Origin: Gammaproteobacteria bacterium
GTDB taxonomy: Bacteria > Pseudomonadota > Gammaproteobacteria > Steroidobacterales > Rariloculaceae
NCBI GenBank assembly: GCA_029864465.1
Contig: JAOTTJ010000003.1
Coordinates: 1 to 36,954, forward strand
Length of the DNA stretch: 36,954 nt
Direction: 5' to 3'
This document shows, one piece after another, positions 22,130 through 33,525 of the stretch; positions within the stretch are counted from its first letter, which is position 1; every line of letters begins with the position of its first letter. The translations under genes and the position numbers were made by a program. A model generated the notes under the pieces. It had not been told where the DNA came from. It made no database searches and was given only the letters and a program-made list of their open reading frames with translations.

Positions 22130-23584
22130 TCATGCGTACGCTTCGGGAACCTGGCGATGCCAGTCGGTGTGGAGCTGGAAGTGATGCGCTGCCTTGAGCA
22201 GGCGGCCTTCTGCCAGGTGTGGCGCGATAAGCTGCAGGCCCACGGGCAGGCCGCTGACGAAACCACACGGAATGGACATAGCTGGCAATCCCGCGAGGTT
22301 CGCGCCGATCGTATAGATATCGTTCAGGTACATCTCGATCGGGTCGCCGACCTTCTGGCCGATCGGGAAAGCCGGTGTTGGTGTCGTTGGTCCGGCAATC
22401 AGGTCGACGTCTGCGAAAGCACGTTTGAAATCCTCGGCAATGAGTTGGCGGGCTTTTTGCGCTTGTAAGTAATAGGCGTCGTAATAGCCCGCGGACAGCA
22501 CGTAAGTTCCCGTCAATATTCGACGCTTGACCTCCGCACCGAAACCCTCGGCACGCGTGCGCATATAGAACTCTATAAGATCATCGGCGCCTTCGGCCCG
22601 ATGACCGAACCGCACGCCGTCGTATCGTGAGAGATTCGACGAGGCTTCAGCGGGTGCGACGACGTAGTAGACGGGTACGGACAAGTGAACATGCTCTAGC
22701 TGCACGGATTTGATTGTCGCGCCGAGTTTCTCGAAGACGTCGAGGCTCGCGCGCACGGCGGCCGCGTTTTCGGCGTCGAGCCCGTCGTCGAAGAAGTTCT
22801 CGGGCACGCCGATGCGAAGTTTCTCCCACGGCGATTCGATCTCAGTGACGTAATCGGGTACGGGATCGGCAAGCGATGTCGAGTCATTCGCATCGAAGCC
22901 AGCCATTGTCTGCATCAGAAGCGCCGCATCCGCCGCGCTGCGCGTCAGTGTGCCGGCTTGATCGAGACTCGATGCAAACGCGATCATGCCGTAGCGCGAT
23001 GCGCGCCCATATGTGGGTTTCAGGCCGGTCAGCCCTGTCAGTGCAGCCGGCTGACGAATCGAGCCGCCCGTATCCGTTCCGGTCGCGCCGCCGCAGAGTC
23101 CGGCGGCCACGGCCGCGGCCGACCCGCCCGAGGAGCCACCAGGCACGCGCTCGAGATCCCATGGGTTGCGCACGGGGCCGTAGAAGCTCGTCTCGTTCGA
23201 AGAGCCCATTGCGAACTCGTCCATGTTCGTCTTGCCGAGCATAACGACGCCGGCATCCTCGAGCTTCGCCACGATACTCGCGTTGTATGGTGAGACGAAG
23301 TTGTCGAGCATGCGCGAGCCGCAGCTCGTCTTTATACCCGTGGTGCAGAAAATATCCTTATGCGCGATCGGTATGCCCGTTAGTGCGGTCGCAGTTCCGC
23401 CGGCGCGGCGTTCATCAGCTGCATTTGCTTGCGCGAGCGCCTGCTCGGCTGTGACTGTCACGAAGGCGTTGAGGTCCGCGTCGAGTTGCTCGATGCGGCC
23501 GAGGTAGTGCTCGGTGAGCTCGCGCGCCGAGATCTGCTTGGCAGCGAGCGCATCGCTGAGTTCTGTCAGAGTCTTCTCGTGCAT
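22130..23584 (-). CDS. gatA: Asp/Glu-tRNA amidotransferase subunit A
   Basis: [43 protein letters not shown]. Confidence 0.98.
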   Translation of the reverse strand: MHEKTLTELSDALAAKQISARELTEHYLGRIEQLDADLNAFVTVTAEQALAQANAADERRAGGTATALTGIPIAHKDIFCTTGIKTSCGSRMLDNFVSPYNASIVAKLEDAGVVMLGKTNMDEFAMGSSNETSFYGPVRNPWDLERVPGGSSGGSAAAVAAGLCGGATGTDTGGSIRQPAALTGLTGLKPTYGRASRYGMIAFASSLDQAGTLTRSAADAALLMQTMAGFDANDSTSLADPVPDYVTEIESPWEKLRIGVPENFFDDGLDAENAAAVRASLDVFEKLGATIKSVQLEHVHLSVPVYYVVAPAEASSNLSRYDGVRFGHRAEGADDLIEFYMRTRAEGFGAEVKRRILTGTYVLSAGYYDAYYLQAQKARQLIAEDFKRAFADVDLIAGPTTPTPAFPIGQKVGDPIEMYLNDIYTIGANLAGLPAMSIPCGFVSGLPVGLQLIAPHLAEGRLLKAAHHFQLHTDWHRQVPEAYA

Positions 23585-23625
23585 GGCTCGTTTCAACATG
23601 ACCCGGGGGCGGGGTCCCGTCAGTG

Positions 23626-23913
23626 CTATTCGATCACCTTGGGAACGAGGTAGAGGCCTTGCTCGACGAGCGGCGCGTTGGCCTGGTAGAGATCGCGGGC
23701 ATTGGTCTCGGTCACCGCGTCGGGCCGGAGCCGTTGCGGTCGTTCGAGCGGGTGCGCCATCGGGTCGACGCCCTGGGTATCCTGGGCTTGAAGCTCTCCG
23801 ACGAGGCGCATAATGTCCGACAGCTTGGCGGATAGATCGCGGATCTCATCGGGTCCGATCTCCAGCCGGGCGAGGGCGCAGAGCTTTTTGACGTCTTCGG
23901 GTGTGAGGGACAC
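23626..23913 (-). CDS. gatC: Asp/Glu-tRNA amidotransferase subunit C
   Basis: [30 protein letters not shown]; GTG start at 23913 preferred. Confidence 0.93.
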   Translation of the reverse strand: MSLTPEDVKKLCALARLEIGPDEIRDLSAKLSDIMRLVGELQAQDTQGVDPMAHPLERPQRLRPDAVTETNARDLYQANAPLVEQGLYLVPKVIE

Positions 23914-23957
23914 GGCGCAGAACTCGGAAGCAGTACTCATTTTACTATACTACTTGC

Positions 23958-23986
23958 TTGCCGATCGTCCTACCCGTTGATAAAGT
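23958..23986 (+). promoter_or_regulatory. Putative sigma70 promoter of the mreB operon
   Basis: TTGCCG-N17-TAAAGT with an extended -10 TG. Confidence 0.5.
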
Positions 23987-24006
23987 GCATGATCGGTTTC
24001 CTTTAG

Positions 24007-25065
<1,059 letters not shown>

Positions 25066-25110
25066 GCAACTTCAGCTCGAGCTAGACGAGTAATGGGAGT
25101 GGCGTAGGCC

Positions 25111-26007
25111 ATGAGTGCTCCAGGAGGAATCGGTAACGATTTCGTTAGAGGTGGAACCTCCCAAAGTTTCCGCTTCATCCTGATCTGCATCGTCAGCCTC
25201 GCGCTGATGTTCCTCGACCATCGCGAATCTCACCTGACGACGATTCGACAGGCCTTCTCTGTTGTCGTCTATCCAATTCAACTCGCAGTCGATCTGCCGA
25301 TACGCGGTTGGCGTTGGGCCGAGATGGCGTTCGCCGAGCGCGCGGAGTTGCTTGCCGAGAACGAGGCCTTGAAGCTCGAGCGGCTCGATGCGGGTGTGCG
25401 GTTGCAGCGCTTCGACTCGCTCGAAGCGGAGAATCGCCGGCTACGTGCAATGCTCGACTCTAGCGCGCGCGTCGCCGATCGGGTGCTCGTCGCCGAGATT
25501 CTCGCAGTCGATCTCGATCCTTACCGGCAGCGCTTCACGATTAATCGCGGCCTAGGCGACGGCGTCTATGTCGGTCAGGCTCTACTCGATGCCGACGGCA
25601 TCATCGGGCAGATCATGCGTGTGGAGCCGTTGACGTCCGAAGCTGTGCTGATCAGCGATGCCGATCACGCTTTGCCCGTCGCAATCAACCGCAATGGTTT
25701 ACGCACGATTATCATCGGCACGGGCGACACTATCAGGTTGCGCATGCCGTATTTGCCGACTTCCGCCGATGTCGAGATGGGTGATCTCGTCATCTCATCG
25801 GGCCTTGGCGGTGTGTTTCCATCCGGGTATCCCGTCGGTTACGTGAGCGAGATCGAACGCCTGCCCGGGCAAGGTTTCGCGGAGATCTACGTCGAGCCCG
25901 CGGCCAAGCTGGATCGGGCACGCGAGGTTTTGCTCGTCTGGACGGCCGAGGCCGAGCTTACGAACAACGTCGACGATGACCCGACGAATCTCGCGGAGGC
26001 ACGCTAG
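25111..26007 (+). CDS. mreC: Rod shape-determining protein MreC
   Basis: N-terminal TM, coiled coil ENRRLRAML, SSGLGGVFPSGYPVG. Confidence 0.95.
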   Translation: MSAPGGIGNDFVRGGTSQSFRFILICIVSLALMFLDHRESHLTTIRQAFSVVVYPIQLAVDLPIRGWRWAEMAFAERAELLAENEALKLERLDAGVRLQRFDSLEAENRRLRAMLDSSARVADRVLVAEILAVDLDPYRQRFTINRGLGDGVYVGQALLDADGIIGQIMRVEPLTSEAVLISDADHALPVAINRNGLRTIIIGTGDTIRLRMPYLPTSADVEMGDLVISSGLGGVFPSGYPVGYVSEIERLPGQGFAEIYVEPAAKLDRAREVLLVWTAEAELTNNVDDDPTNLAEAR

Positions 26008-26495
26008 TGGCCGCTGCGCATATTCACTGGCGACTGCCGGTCGTGACGCTGGTCTCGGCCCTGGTGCTCACAGCCGTGCCGTTACCTGCGCCCGCCGCAC
26101 CATTCAGGCCGGAATGGGTGCCGTTGATACTGATTTTCTGGAGCCTGCTTGCGCCCGAACGGTTCGGCCTGCTGACGGCGTTTTGGATGGGCCTGCTGCT
26201 CGATACGTTATCTGGTGCCTTGCTCGGGCAGCATGCGCTCGCGCTGGTTGTCGTCGTCTACCTGACTATCAGATTCCATTTGCAGATTCGCGTTTTTCCC
26301 GTTTGGCAGCTGAGCGTGACCGTGGTTTTGCTGCTGGTGATTTATGAGTTCGTGCTCTTCTGGGTCGATGGCGTTGCCGGGCGAACCGTGCCGCTTGCGG
26401 AGCGCTGGTCGCCGCTGATTGCGAGCGCGCTGATCTGGCCTCTCATTCTTGCCTATCTCGATCGGTATCGGCACGAAGCGCAAGTGCGAATGTGA
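26007..26495 (+). CDS. mreD: Rod shape-determining protein MreD
   Basis: RPEWV.L.LIFW, GLLLD.L.GALLGQHALAL; hydrophobic. Confidence 0.93.
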   Translation: MAAAHIHWRLPVVTLVSALVLTAVPLPAPAAPFRPEWVPLILIFWSLLAPERFGLLTAFWMGLLLDTLSGALLGQHALALVVVVYLTIRFHLQIRVFPVWQLSVTVVLLLVIYEFVLFWVDGVAGRTVPLAERWSPLIASALIWPLILAYLDRYRHEAQVRM

Positions 26496-26508
26496 AGAAG
26501 TCTATTTG

Positions 26509-28428
26509 ATGAACGCGGCAACCCCGTTAAAGGATCATTGGAAGGAACAGCGCCTGTTTCTGTCGCGCCTGGTCGCGGCCGGAGTCATCATGCTTTTGCT
26601 CACGGGCGTGCTCGTCTATCGTCTCGTGCAACTGCAGATCGTCGATTATCAGCTGTTCTCCGAGCTATCGCAGGGCAATCGCCTGCGCATCGAGCCGCTC
26701 GCGCCGACGCGTGGTCTTGTCTATGACCGTAACGGTAACGTACTGGCCGAGAATCTTCCGGCCTGGGAGCTCGTGCTCACGCCCGAGCAGGTTCCTGACC
26801 TGGAAACGACGCTCGCCGAGCTCGTGCGCATCGGGCTCGTCGACGTCGAGCAACAGAACGCGCTGGCGACCCTCGTGCGTTCGCACCGGCGCTTCGAGAA
26901 CGTCATGCTCAGCAACCTCTCCGATGAACAGGCGGCTCGCTTTGCCGTCCGTCGCCACCAGTTTCCCGGCGTCGATATTCGCGAAGGCCTGATTCGGCAC
27001 TATCCGTACGGCGAAGCTGCGGCTCATGCAATCGGCTACGTAGCGAGTATTTCGTCAGCGGATCTCGAGGTTATCGAGCGGCGCGAGTATGCGGCAACGT
27101 CGCACATCGGCAAGACTGGCATCGAGCGCGGCTTCGAGATCGAGCTTCACGGCGGGGTCGGATACCGTCAACAGGTCGTCAATGCGCAGGGCCGTGTGCT
27201 GCTCGATCCTGCGAGTCGCACGGAGAGCGCGCCGTCGGCGTCGGCGATCAGCAACCTCGAAACGCTATGGCCTGTTCCGGGCAGAAACCTCACGCTGAGT
27301 CTCGACATAGAGCTCCAGCTGGCTGCGGAAGCGGCGATGGCCGGTTTGCGCGGTGCCGTTGTCGCGATCGATCCGCGCAACGGCGATGTGCTTGCGCTCG
27401 TTAGCGCGCCGGGTTTCGATCCGAACCGGTTTGCGACAGGGTTGAGCCAGCAAGATTTCAAGGCGCTCAACAGTGATCCGGACAATCCGCTATTCCATCG
27501 CGCATTGGCCGGCACCTATCCACCGGGCTCGGTCGTCAAGCCTTTTCTGGGTCTGGCGGCGCTGCATCATCTGGAGATCGAACCCAGCGCGCGTGAGATG
27601 TGCCCGGGCTTTTTCGTCCTGCCGGGGAACACGCACCGCTACCGCGACTGGCGGCCTCAGGGCCATGGGCTCGTCGATCTACACGACGCCATCGTACAGT
27701 CGTGTGACGTCTTCTACTATCGTCTGGCTGTGGAGCTCGGCATCGACACGATCGAACAGTTCCTGAAGTCATTCGGGTTCGGCGCGCCGACGGGAATCGA
27801 CATCAGCGGTGAGCGTGGCGGTGTCGTGCCATCGCGCGAATGGAAGCGAACCCGTTTTTCGAGGCGCGAAGACCAGGTCTGGTTTCCTGGCGAGACTGTC
27901 ATCACGGGGATTGGACAGGGATTTACGGCCGTGACGCCGATTCAGCTCGCGCACGCTACGGCCGTGCTCGCAAGTCGCGGTACGGCCTACCGGCCAAGGC
28001 TCGTGATCGCTGCGGAGGATCGCGTCACTGGCGATGTCACCGAATTCATGCCGATCGGTCTCGGGCGCGTCGAGGTCGAGGAGTCTCAGTGGCAGTACAT
28101 CCATGAGGCCATGCTTGGTGTCACCGAGGAGCCGCAGGGTTCAGGTTTCACGGCGATGCGCGGTGCGCCGTATCGCGTTGCTGGCAAGACTGGTACCGCC
28201 CAGGTGTATTCGATCGCGCAGGAAGAGGAATACGACGAGGAGAACGTCGCTGAGCGACTGCGCGATCATGGACTATTCATTGCGTTCGCCCCGGCCGAAA
28301 ACCCTGTGATCTCACTTGCCGTTGTTGTGGAGAACGGCGGTGGCGGCGCGAGTGCAGCGGCGCCCGTAGCCCGGGCCGTGCTCGATGCGTTTTTCGCCGG
28401 AGAAGAGTATGTCACTCGGGAGCATTGA
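26509..28428 (+). CDS. mrdA: Penicillin-binding protein 2
   Basis: PTRGLVYDRNG; transpeptidase motifs SVVK, SCD, KTGT; ATG at 26509. Confidence 0.96.
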   Translation: MNAATPLKDHWKEQRLFLSRLVAAGVIMLLLTGVLVYRLVQLQIVDYQLFSELSQGNRLRIEPLAPTRGLVYDRNGNVLAENLPAWELVLTPEQVPDLETTLAELVRIGLVDVEQQNALATLVRSHRRFENVMLSNLSDEQAARFAVRRHQFPGVDIREGLIRHYPYGEAAAHAIGYVASISSADLEVIERREYAATSHIGKTGIERGFEIELHGGVGYRQQVVNAQGRVLLDPASRTESAPSASAISNLETLWPVPGRNLTLSLDIELQLAAEAAMAGLRGAVVAIDPRNGDVLALVSAPGFDPNRFATGLSQQDFKALNSDPDNPLFHRALAGTYPPGSVVKPFLGLAALHHLEIEPSAREMCPGFFVLPGNTHRYRDWRPQGHGLVDLHDAIVQSCDVFYYRLAVELGIDTIEQFLKSFGFGAPTGIDISGERGGVVPSREWKRTRFSRREDQVWFPGETVITGIGQGFTAVTPIQLAHATAVLASRGTAYRPRLVIAAEDRVTGDVTEFMPIGLGRVEVEESQWQYIHEAMLGVTEEPQGSGFTAMRGAPYRVAGKTGTAQVYSIAQEEEYDEENVAERLRDHGLFIAFAPAENPVISLAVVVENGGGGASAAAPVARAVLDAFFAGEEYVTREH

Positions 28429-29542
28429 GCTCGGGCGGCATCCCGCCGCCGGTCTACGACCGTTGAGCTTTCGCGGCATCGTGGTGGATTTCCCGTTGCT
28501 CGCGACGATCCTCGCGATCTGCGCCTATGGACTCATCGTTCTCTACAGCGCCCTCGAGGAAAACAGCTCGCTGTTACTTAGACAGGGGGTGCGTCTCGGT
28601 ATTGCGCTCGGCGCGTTCGTCGTCGTCTCACAGATTCCGCCGCGTTTGCTGCGGCTTTGGACGCCTTGGGTATTTTGCGTGGGGGTCGGTCTGCTGGCCT
28701 TGGTGACGGTCAGCGGTGATATGGGCGGCGGCGCGCAGCGTTGGCTCGATCTTGGAATCATCCGGTTTCAGCCCTCGGAGATCATGAAGCTTGCCGTGCC
28801 GATGATGGTTGCCTGGTTCATGCACGAGCGCACGCTGCCGCCGAAGTTCTCCCAGCTCTTCGTGCTCATGTTCATTGTGTTCTTGCCGGCCATCCTGATT
28901 GCGCGTCAGCCGGATTTGGGCACGGCGTTGCTCGTCGTGGCGGCTGGCGGTATCACGATTCTGTTGGCTGGTGTCAGTCTGCGAGTCATCGGTTTCGCAG
29001 GCGTGCTCGCGGTCGGTTCGGCGCCGCTGCTCTGGCATTTCATGCGCGACTATCAGCGCGCGCGTGTGATGACGTTCCTGAACCCGGAGTCCGATCCGCT
29101 GGGCGCGGGTTACAATATTATTCAGTCGAAGATCGCGCTCGGTTCGGGCGGGTTGTTCGGCAAAGGTTGGCTCAATGGCACGCAGGCGCATCTGGAGTTT
29201 CTGCCGGAGCGGTCGACGGATTTCGTCTTTGCCGTCATGGGCGAAGAGTTCGGCTTGCTCGGGTTGCTGTTGCTGCTCGCCTTATATCTCGCCCTAATCG
29301 GGCGCGGACTCTTCATCGCGACGCAGGCGCAGGAAACATTTACGCGCCTGCTCGCAGGTACGTTGAGCTTGACGTTTTTCTTTTACGTGTTCGTCAACGC
29401 GGGCATGGTTTGTGGTTTGCTGCCGATCGTTGGCGTGCCGCTGCCATTCGTGAGCGCCGGCGGCACGTCGATGGTGACGCTTATGGCCGGGTTCGGTATG
29501 CTCGTCGCCATCAAGGGAAACAAGAAGCTGCTGGCGCCATGA
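28409..29542 (+). CDS. rodA: SEDS peptidoglycan polymerase RodA
   Basis: GAQRWL, FQPSE, QPDLGT, GYNIIQS, FLPERSTDF, GVPLP. Confidence 0.96.
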   Translation: MSLGSIELGRHPAAGLRPLSFRGIVVDFPLLATILAICAYGLIVLYSALEENSSLLLRQGVRLGIALGAFVVVSQIPPRLLRLWTPWVFCVGVGLLALVTVSGDMGGGAQRWLDLGIIRFQPSEIMKLAVPMMVAWFMHERTLPPKFSQLFVLMFIVFLPAILIARQPDLGTALLVVAAGGITILLAGVSLRVIGFAGVLAVGSAPLLWHFMRDYQRARVMTFLNPESDPLGAGYNIIQSKIALGSGGLFGKGWLNGTQAHLEFLPERSTDFVFAVMGEEFGLLGLLLLLALYLALIGRGLFIATQAQETFTRLLAGTLSLTFFFYVFVNAGMVCGLLPIVGVPLPFVSAGGTSMVTLMAGFGMLVAIKGNKKLLAP

Positions 29543-30582
29543 CGGCTATGATCCCAGTTCGCTTTGTACGAATATTCGCGATAGCCGCGGCCTGTCTATT
29601 GGCTGCAGCGTCAGGCGCCTACGCCCAGGACGCTGCGCAGGCGCAGGCCGATTTCATCGCGCGGATGGTCGCGAGTCACGGCTTCGAGCGAGACTCGCTC
29701 GAAGCGCTTTTCGCCGAGATCGAAATCAACGATCGAGTGCTCGAGGCGATCTCACGTCCTGCGGAGCGCGTTCTAGCCTGGTACGAGTACCAAGATCTGT
29801 TTCTAACTGAGGCGCGCATCGCCTCTGGCGTCGAGTTCTGGACAGAGAATGCAGGCCGCATAGAAGCCGTAAGCGAAGCGTACGGCGTGCCGGCACAGAT
29901 GATCGTGGCGATACTCGGTATCGAAACGTGGTTCGGAACACGCATGGGTAGCTACCGCGTGCTCGAGTCTCTTAGCACCCTAGCATTCGCTTACCCACGG
30001 CGTTCGCGCTTTTTCTCCAACGAGCTCGAAGCGTTTTTGCTCCTGGCGCGCGACGAGCAGTTCGACCCGCTCGGCGTGCTTGGTTCCTATGCAGGCGCGA
30101 TGGGCGCAGGCCAGTTCATACCGACAAGCTTTCGCGCCTATGCCGTCGATGGGGATTCGGACGGCCGCCGTGATCTCTGGGAGAACTGGGAGGACGTGCT
30201 CGGCAGCGTCGCAAATTACTTCAAAGTGCACGGATGGCGGGCAGATGAGCCTGTCGTCGCGAGGGCCGCGCGCGCTCCGGGCGACGCTTCTCCCGTACCG
30301 GCCAACAGTATGGATCTGAACGAGACAGTTGCGTCGTTGAAGGAGCGCGGCTACGAGTTCACCACAGCATTCCCGGAATCGACCCCGGTTACTGTGCTCG
30401 GCCTCGAGGGCCGCGACGGAACCGAGTATTGGGTCGGCTATCACAATTTTCGCGTGATCACTCGTTACAACCGCAGCGTCATGTATGCGCTCGTAGCACA
30501 GCAGCTCGGCGAGGCGATCGCCGCTGCGCTCGAGCGGTCTGCGGCGACACAGTCTCTCGCGCAGACGGAGGATGCTGCATGA
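29539..30582 (+). CDS. mltB: Lytic murein transglycosylase B (MltB/SltB1 family)
   Basis: ILGIET, GSYAGAMGAGQFIPTSFRAYAVDGD, NFRVITRYNRS. Confidence 0.93.
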   Translation: MTAMIPVRFVRIFAIAAACLLAAASGAYAQDAAQAQADFIARMVASHGFERDSLEALFAEIEINDRVLEAISRPAERVLAWYEYQDLFLTEARIASGVEFWTENAGRIEAVSEAYGVPAQMIVAILGIETWFGTRMGSYRVLESLSTLAFAYPRRSRFFSNELEAFLLLARDEQFDPLGVLGSYAGAMGAGQFIPTSFRAYAVDGDSDGRRDLWENWEDVLGSVANYFKVHGWRADEPVVARAARAPGDASPVPANSMDLNETVASLKERGYEFTTAFPESTPVTVLGLEGRDGTEYWVGYHNFRVITRYNRSVMYALVAQQLGEAIAAALERSAATQSLAQTEDAA

Positions 30583-31430
30583 CTGCCCAGTTTACGCCTA
30601 CGCTGCTCGTGCTGATCGTATGTGCTGTGCTGTCGGCTTGCGCTTCATCTCCTAGCGAGCCGCAGGTGGTCATCGATCGCGAAGCAATCATCACTCCCGA
30701 GAGAACACGGGCTGGTAATCCACCCGAATACGAGATAGCCGGCGAGCGTTATTACGTCAAAGATTCGAGTGCCGACTACCGCGAGCACGGTGTCGCGTCC
30801 TGGTACGGCAAGGATTTTCACGGCCGTTCGACGGCCAACGGTGAGACCTACGACATGTATGGATTGTCTGCGGCGCACAAAACGCTGCCGATCCCGACCT
30901 GGGTCGAGGTTACGCACCTCGACAACGGCCGCCGCATCATCGTCAGGGTCAACGATCGCGGCCCGTTTGTCGACGGGCGTATCATCGATTTGTCCTACGG
31001 CGCTGCTCGCGAGCTCGATATGATCGAAGCTGGAACGGCCCGCGTGGAAGTCCGAGCACTCGGCGTTCCCGTGGGCGGTGAGCCGCCTCGTCCGGAGGTT
31101 TTCGCTGAGAATACGATCGAGCCTAGACGTTCGGGATTCTCGTTGATCTCGACGGCGGCGGCCGCAGAACCCGGGCCGAGCGACCAGCCCATGCAGCAGG
31201 TTTTCGCCCAAGTCGGCGCGTTCTCCGACCAGATAAACGCGGCCCAGCTGGTCGACAAGCTCCGCGCCAGCGGGCAGCGTAACGTCTTCGTGCTTTCCGA
31301 GTCGGTAGGCTCGGGGCAATTGCACCGTGTTCGTATCGGGCCGTTGGCCGACGTCGCAGCATACGATGACATTCGGCGCGACCTGATCTCGCTCGGTGTT
31401 CGCGATAGTCTGCTCGTGGTCGTAAACTAG
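30579..31430 (+). CDS. rlpA: Septal ring lytic transglycosylase RlpA (DPBB + SPOR)
   Basis: Lipobox LSAC; GVASWYG, AAHKTLP, RVNDRGPF, IIDLS; C-terminal QVGAF...HRVRIGP. Confidence 0.94.
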   Translation: MTAQFTPTLLVLIVCAVLSACASSPSEPQVVIDREAIITPERTRAGNPPEYEIAGERYYVKDSSADYREHGVASWYGKDFHGRSTANGETYDMYGLSAAHKTLPIPTWVEVTHLDNGRRIIVRVNDRGPFVDGRIIDLSYGAARELDMIEAGTARVEVRALGVPVGGEPPRPEVFAENTIEPRRSGFSLISTAAAAEPGPSDQPMQQVFAQVGAFSDQINAAQLVDKLRASGQRNVFVLSESVGSGQLHRVRIGPLADVAAYDDIRRDLISLGVRDSLLVVVN

Positions 31431-31478
31431 CGCCAACTGTCCGTTTCGTCACTGACTGAGGTTCACAGGAGGCATTCG

Positions 31479-32609
31479 ATGACTCGAGTCTGGACGGCCT
31501 TGCTCGGCTTGCTTTTCGTCGCTTCCAGCTTCGCGCAGGCGCCTATACCCGCGCCACCGCAGCTCGGCGCTGTCGGCTATCTGCTCGTCGACTTCGCGAG
31601 CGACCGCGTTATCGCCGAGAAAGACGCGGATGTGCCCGTCGAGCCCGCAAGCATTACGAAGCTCATGACGGCCTACGCCGTATTCAAGGCACTCGAGCAG
31701 AATCAGATTGCTCTGGATGACCAAGTGCGCGTCAGTGAAAAAGCATGGCGCACCCAAGGCTCGCGAATGTTCATCGAGGTTGACACCGAAGTCAGCGTAG
31801 AGGATCTGCTGCGCGGCATGATCATTCAATCCGGCAACGATGCAAGCGTCGCGCTCGCCGAGCACGTTGCAGGTTCCGAGGAAACCTTTGTCAGGCTCAT
31901 GAACCAGCACGCCGCCATGCTCGGCATGACCGGCACGAATTTCGAAAACCCGACGGGTTTGCCGGGCGACAATCATGTCATGACGGCTCGCGACATCGCC
32001 TTGCTCGCGAAGGCTATCGTGGAGGAGTTCCCCGAGTACTACGGCTTTTATTCCGAGCGAGAGTTCACGTACAACGGTATCCGCCAGCACAACCGCAACT
32101 CACTGCTCTGGCGAGATCAATCCGTGGACGGGCTCAAGACAGGCCACACGGACGCTGCGGGTTACTGTCTAGTAACTTCGGCCGAGCGTGACGGCATGCG
32201 ACTGATCTCGGTTGTGCTCGGTGCTTCGAGCCCCGAGGCGCGAGCCGATGCGAGCCAAGCTTTGCTGGGCTACGGGTTTCGCTTTTTCGAGACACACCGG
32301 CTCTATGCTAGAGGCGAAGAGATTACGACCGCACGAGTTTGGAAGGGCGAGCCGCAGGTCGCCGCGCTGGGATTGACCGAAGATCTTTATGTGACGATTC
32401 CTCGGGGTAAGTACGAATCGTTATCGGCTGTCATGGATCTCAGCACAGACCTCGTAGCTCCGTTGCAGCCCCAGGTCGCCGTGGGCGCGGTGCGCGTCTC
32501 GCTCGACGGTGAACCCGTGTCGGACGTTCCCCTCGTTCTCCTCCACGAAGTCGCGCAGGCCGGTTTTCTTGCGCGCCTCAAGGACGAGATTACACGGTGG
32601 CTCCAGTAG
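31479..32609 (+). CDS. dacA: D-alanyl-D-alanine carboxypeptidase (PBP5/6)
   Basis: PASITK, SGN, KTG motifs; signal peptide; C-terminal amphipathic helix. Confidence 0.93.
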   Translation: MTRVWTALLGLLFVASSFAQAPIPAPPQLGAVGYLLVDFASDRVIAEKDADVPVEPASITKLMTAYAVFKALEQNQIALDDQVRVSEKAWRTQGSRMFIEVDTEVSVEDLLRGMIIQSGNDASVALAEHVAGSEETFVRLMNQHAAMLGMTGTNFENPTGLPGDNHVMTARDIALLAKAIVEEFPEYYGFYSEREFTYNGIRQHNRNSLLWRDQSVDGLKTGHTDAAGYCLVTSAERDGMRLISVVLGASSPEARADASQALLGYGFRFFETHRLYARGEEITTARVWKGEPQVAALGLTEDLYVTIPRGKYESLSAVMDLSTDLVAPLQPQVAVGAVRVSLDGEPVSDVPLVLLHEVAQAGFLARLKDEITRWLQ

Positions 32610-32878
32610 ATTCTGCATCTGAAGACTCTCCGCTGAGTTTTCCGTGCGAGATCGCCGTCAAGGTTCTCGGGCCCAATATTCCGGAGTTTCGCGCGGCAGC
32701 TAGAGACATCGTCAGCCGGCACTATATGGGTTTTCGCGACGCCGCCGTCAGCGAACAGCTTAGCCGAAATGATGCCTACGTGAGCCTGACGTTCGTCGTC
32801 AACGCGCAGAACCGCGAAGAGATCGACGCGCTTTACCGCGAGCTCACGGCCAGCGACGAGATATTGATGGTGCTGTGA
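32597..32878 (+). CDS. ybeD: YbeD/DUF493 family protein
   Basis: FPC..VKV.G, SR...YVSLT, LYRELT...MVL; lies between dac and lipB. Confidence 0.88.
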   Translation: MAPVDSASEDSPLSFPCEIAVKVLGPNIPEFRAAARDIVSRHYMGFRDAAVSEQLSRNDAYVSLTFVVNAQNREEIDALYRELTASDEILMVL

Positions 32879-33483
32879 GCGCGGTGATCTTTCGCGACCT
32901 CGGCCAGCAGCCGCTCGATGTGGTCTGGGACGAGATGCAGCGCTTCACAGATGCACGCACCGTCGATACGCTCGATGAGATCTGGTTCGTCGAGCATCCG
33001 CCGATTTTCACACTTGGGCTCAATGCGAAAGAGGGTCACGTACTCGATGCCCGCGAGATCCCCGTTCTGCGGGTAGACCGGGGTGGGCAGGTCACCTACC
33101 ACGGCCCAGGTCAGCTCGTCGCATACACGCTTATCGACATCAAGCGCCGGAAGCTGACCGTGCGCTCACTCGTCGAGTCGCTCGAATCGGCCGTCATCGA
33201 CACCGTCGCCCGGTACGGTGTCGAGGCGCACGGACGGCGTGATGCGCCTGGTGTGTACGTTGGCGAGGCGAAGCTCGCCGCCGTGGGGTTACGCGTCCGC
33301 CGCTATTGCGCTTACCACGGCATTGCCGTGAACGTATCGATGGATCTGGAACCGTTCGGCAGGATCAATCCTTGCGGTTTCGAGGGTCTCGAGGTGACGC
33401 AGCTCAGCGCGCTGTGCGGTGTCGGCTCGCTGAGCCGAGTACGCGCGGATCTCGAAACTCAGTTCGAGCGCGGGTTCGGATAG
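32875..33483 (+). CDS. lipB: Octanoyltransferase LipB
   Basis: VEHPPIFTLG, DRGGQVTYHGPGQLV, YHGIAVN, INPCG. Confidence 0.96.
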   Translation: MSAVIFRDLGQQPLDVVWDEMQRFTDARTVDTLDEIWFVEHPPIFTLGLNAKEGHVLDAREIPVLRVDRGGQVTYHGPGQLVAYTLIDIKRRKLTVRSLVESLESAVIDTVARYGVEAHGRRDAPGVYVGEAKLAAVGLRVRRYCAYHGIAVNVSMDLEPFGRINPCGFEGLEVTQLSALCGVGSLSRVRADLETQFERGFG

Positions 33484-33484
33484 T

Positions 33485-33525
33485 CTGGTGTTATCGCCAG
33501 GCTGGGGTGAAAGCCCGTAGCCTTT
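33485..33525. terminator. Tandem hairpins between convergent lipB and the coiled-coil gene
   Basis: CTGGTG-ttat-CGCCAG, then AGGCT..GGGT-GAAA-GCCC..AGCCT followed by TT. Confidence 0.4.

Noticed and set aside
22129-22266. N-terminally extended GatB
   Set aside because: It overlaps the gatA C-terminus; family similarity begins at [13 protein letters not shown].
28741-29538. Apparent 613-aa MltB with a long N-terminal extension
   Set aside because: The extension is an alternate frame over rodA; a signal peptide starts at the ATG at 29539, overlapping the rodA stop.
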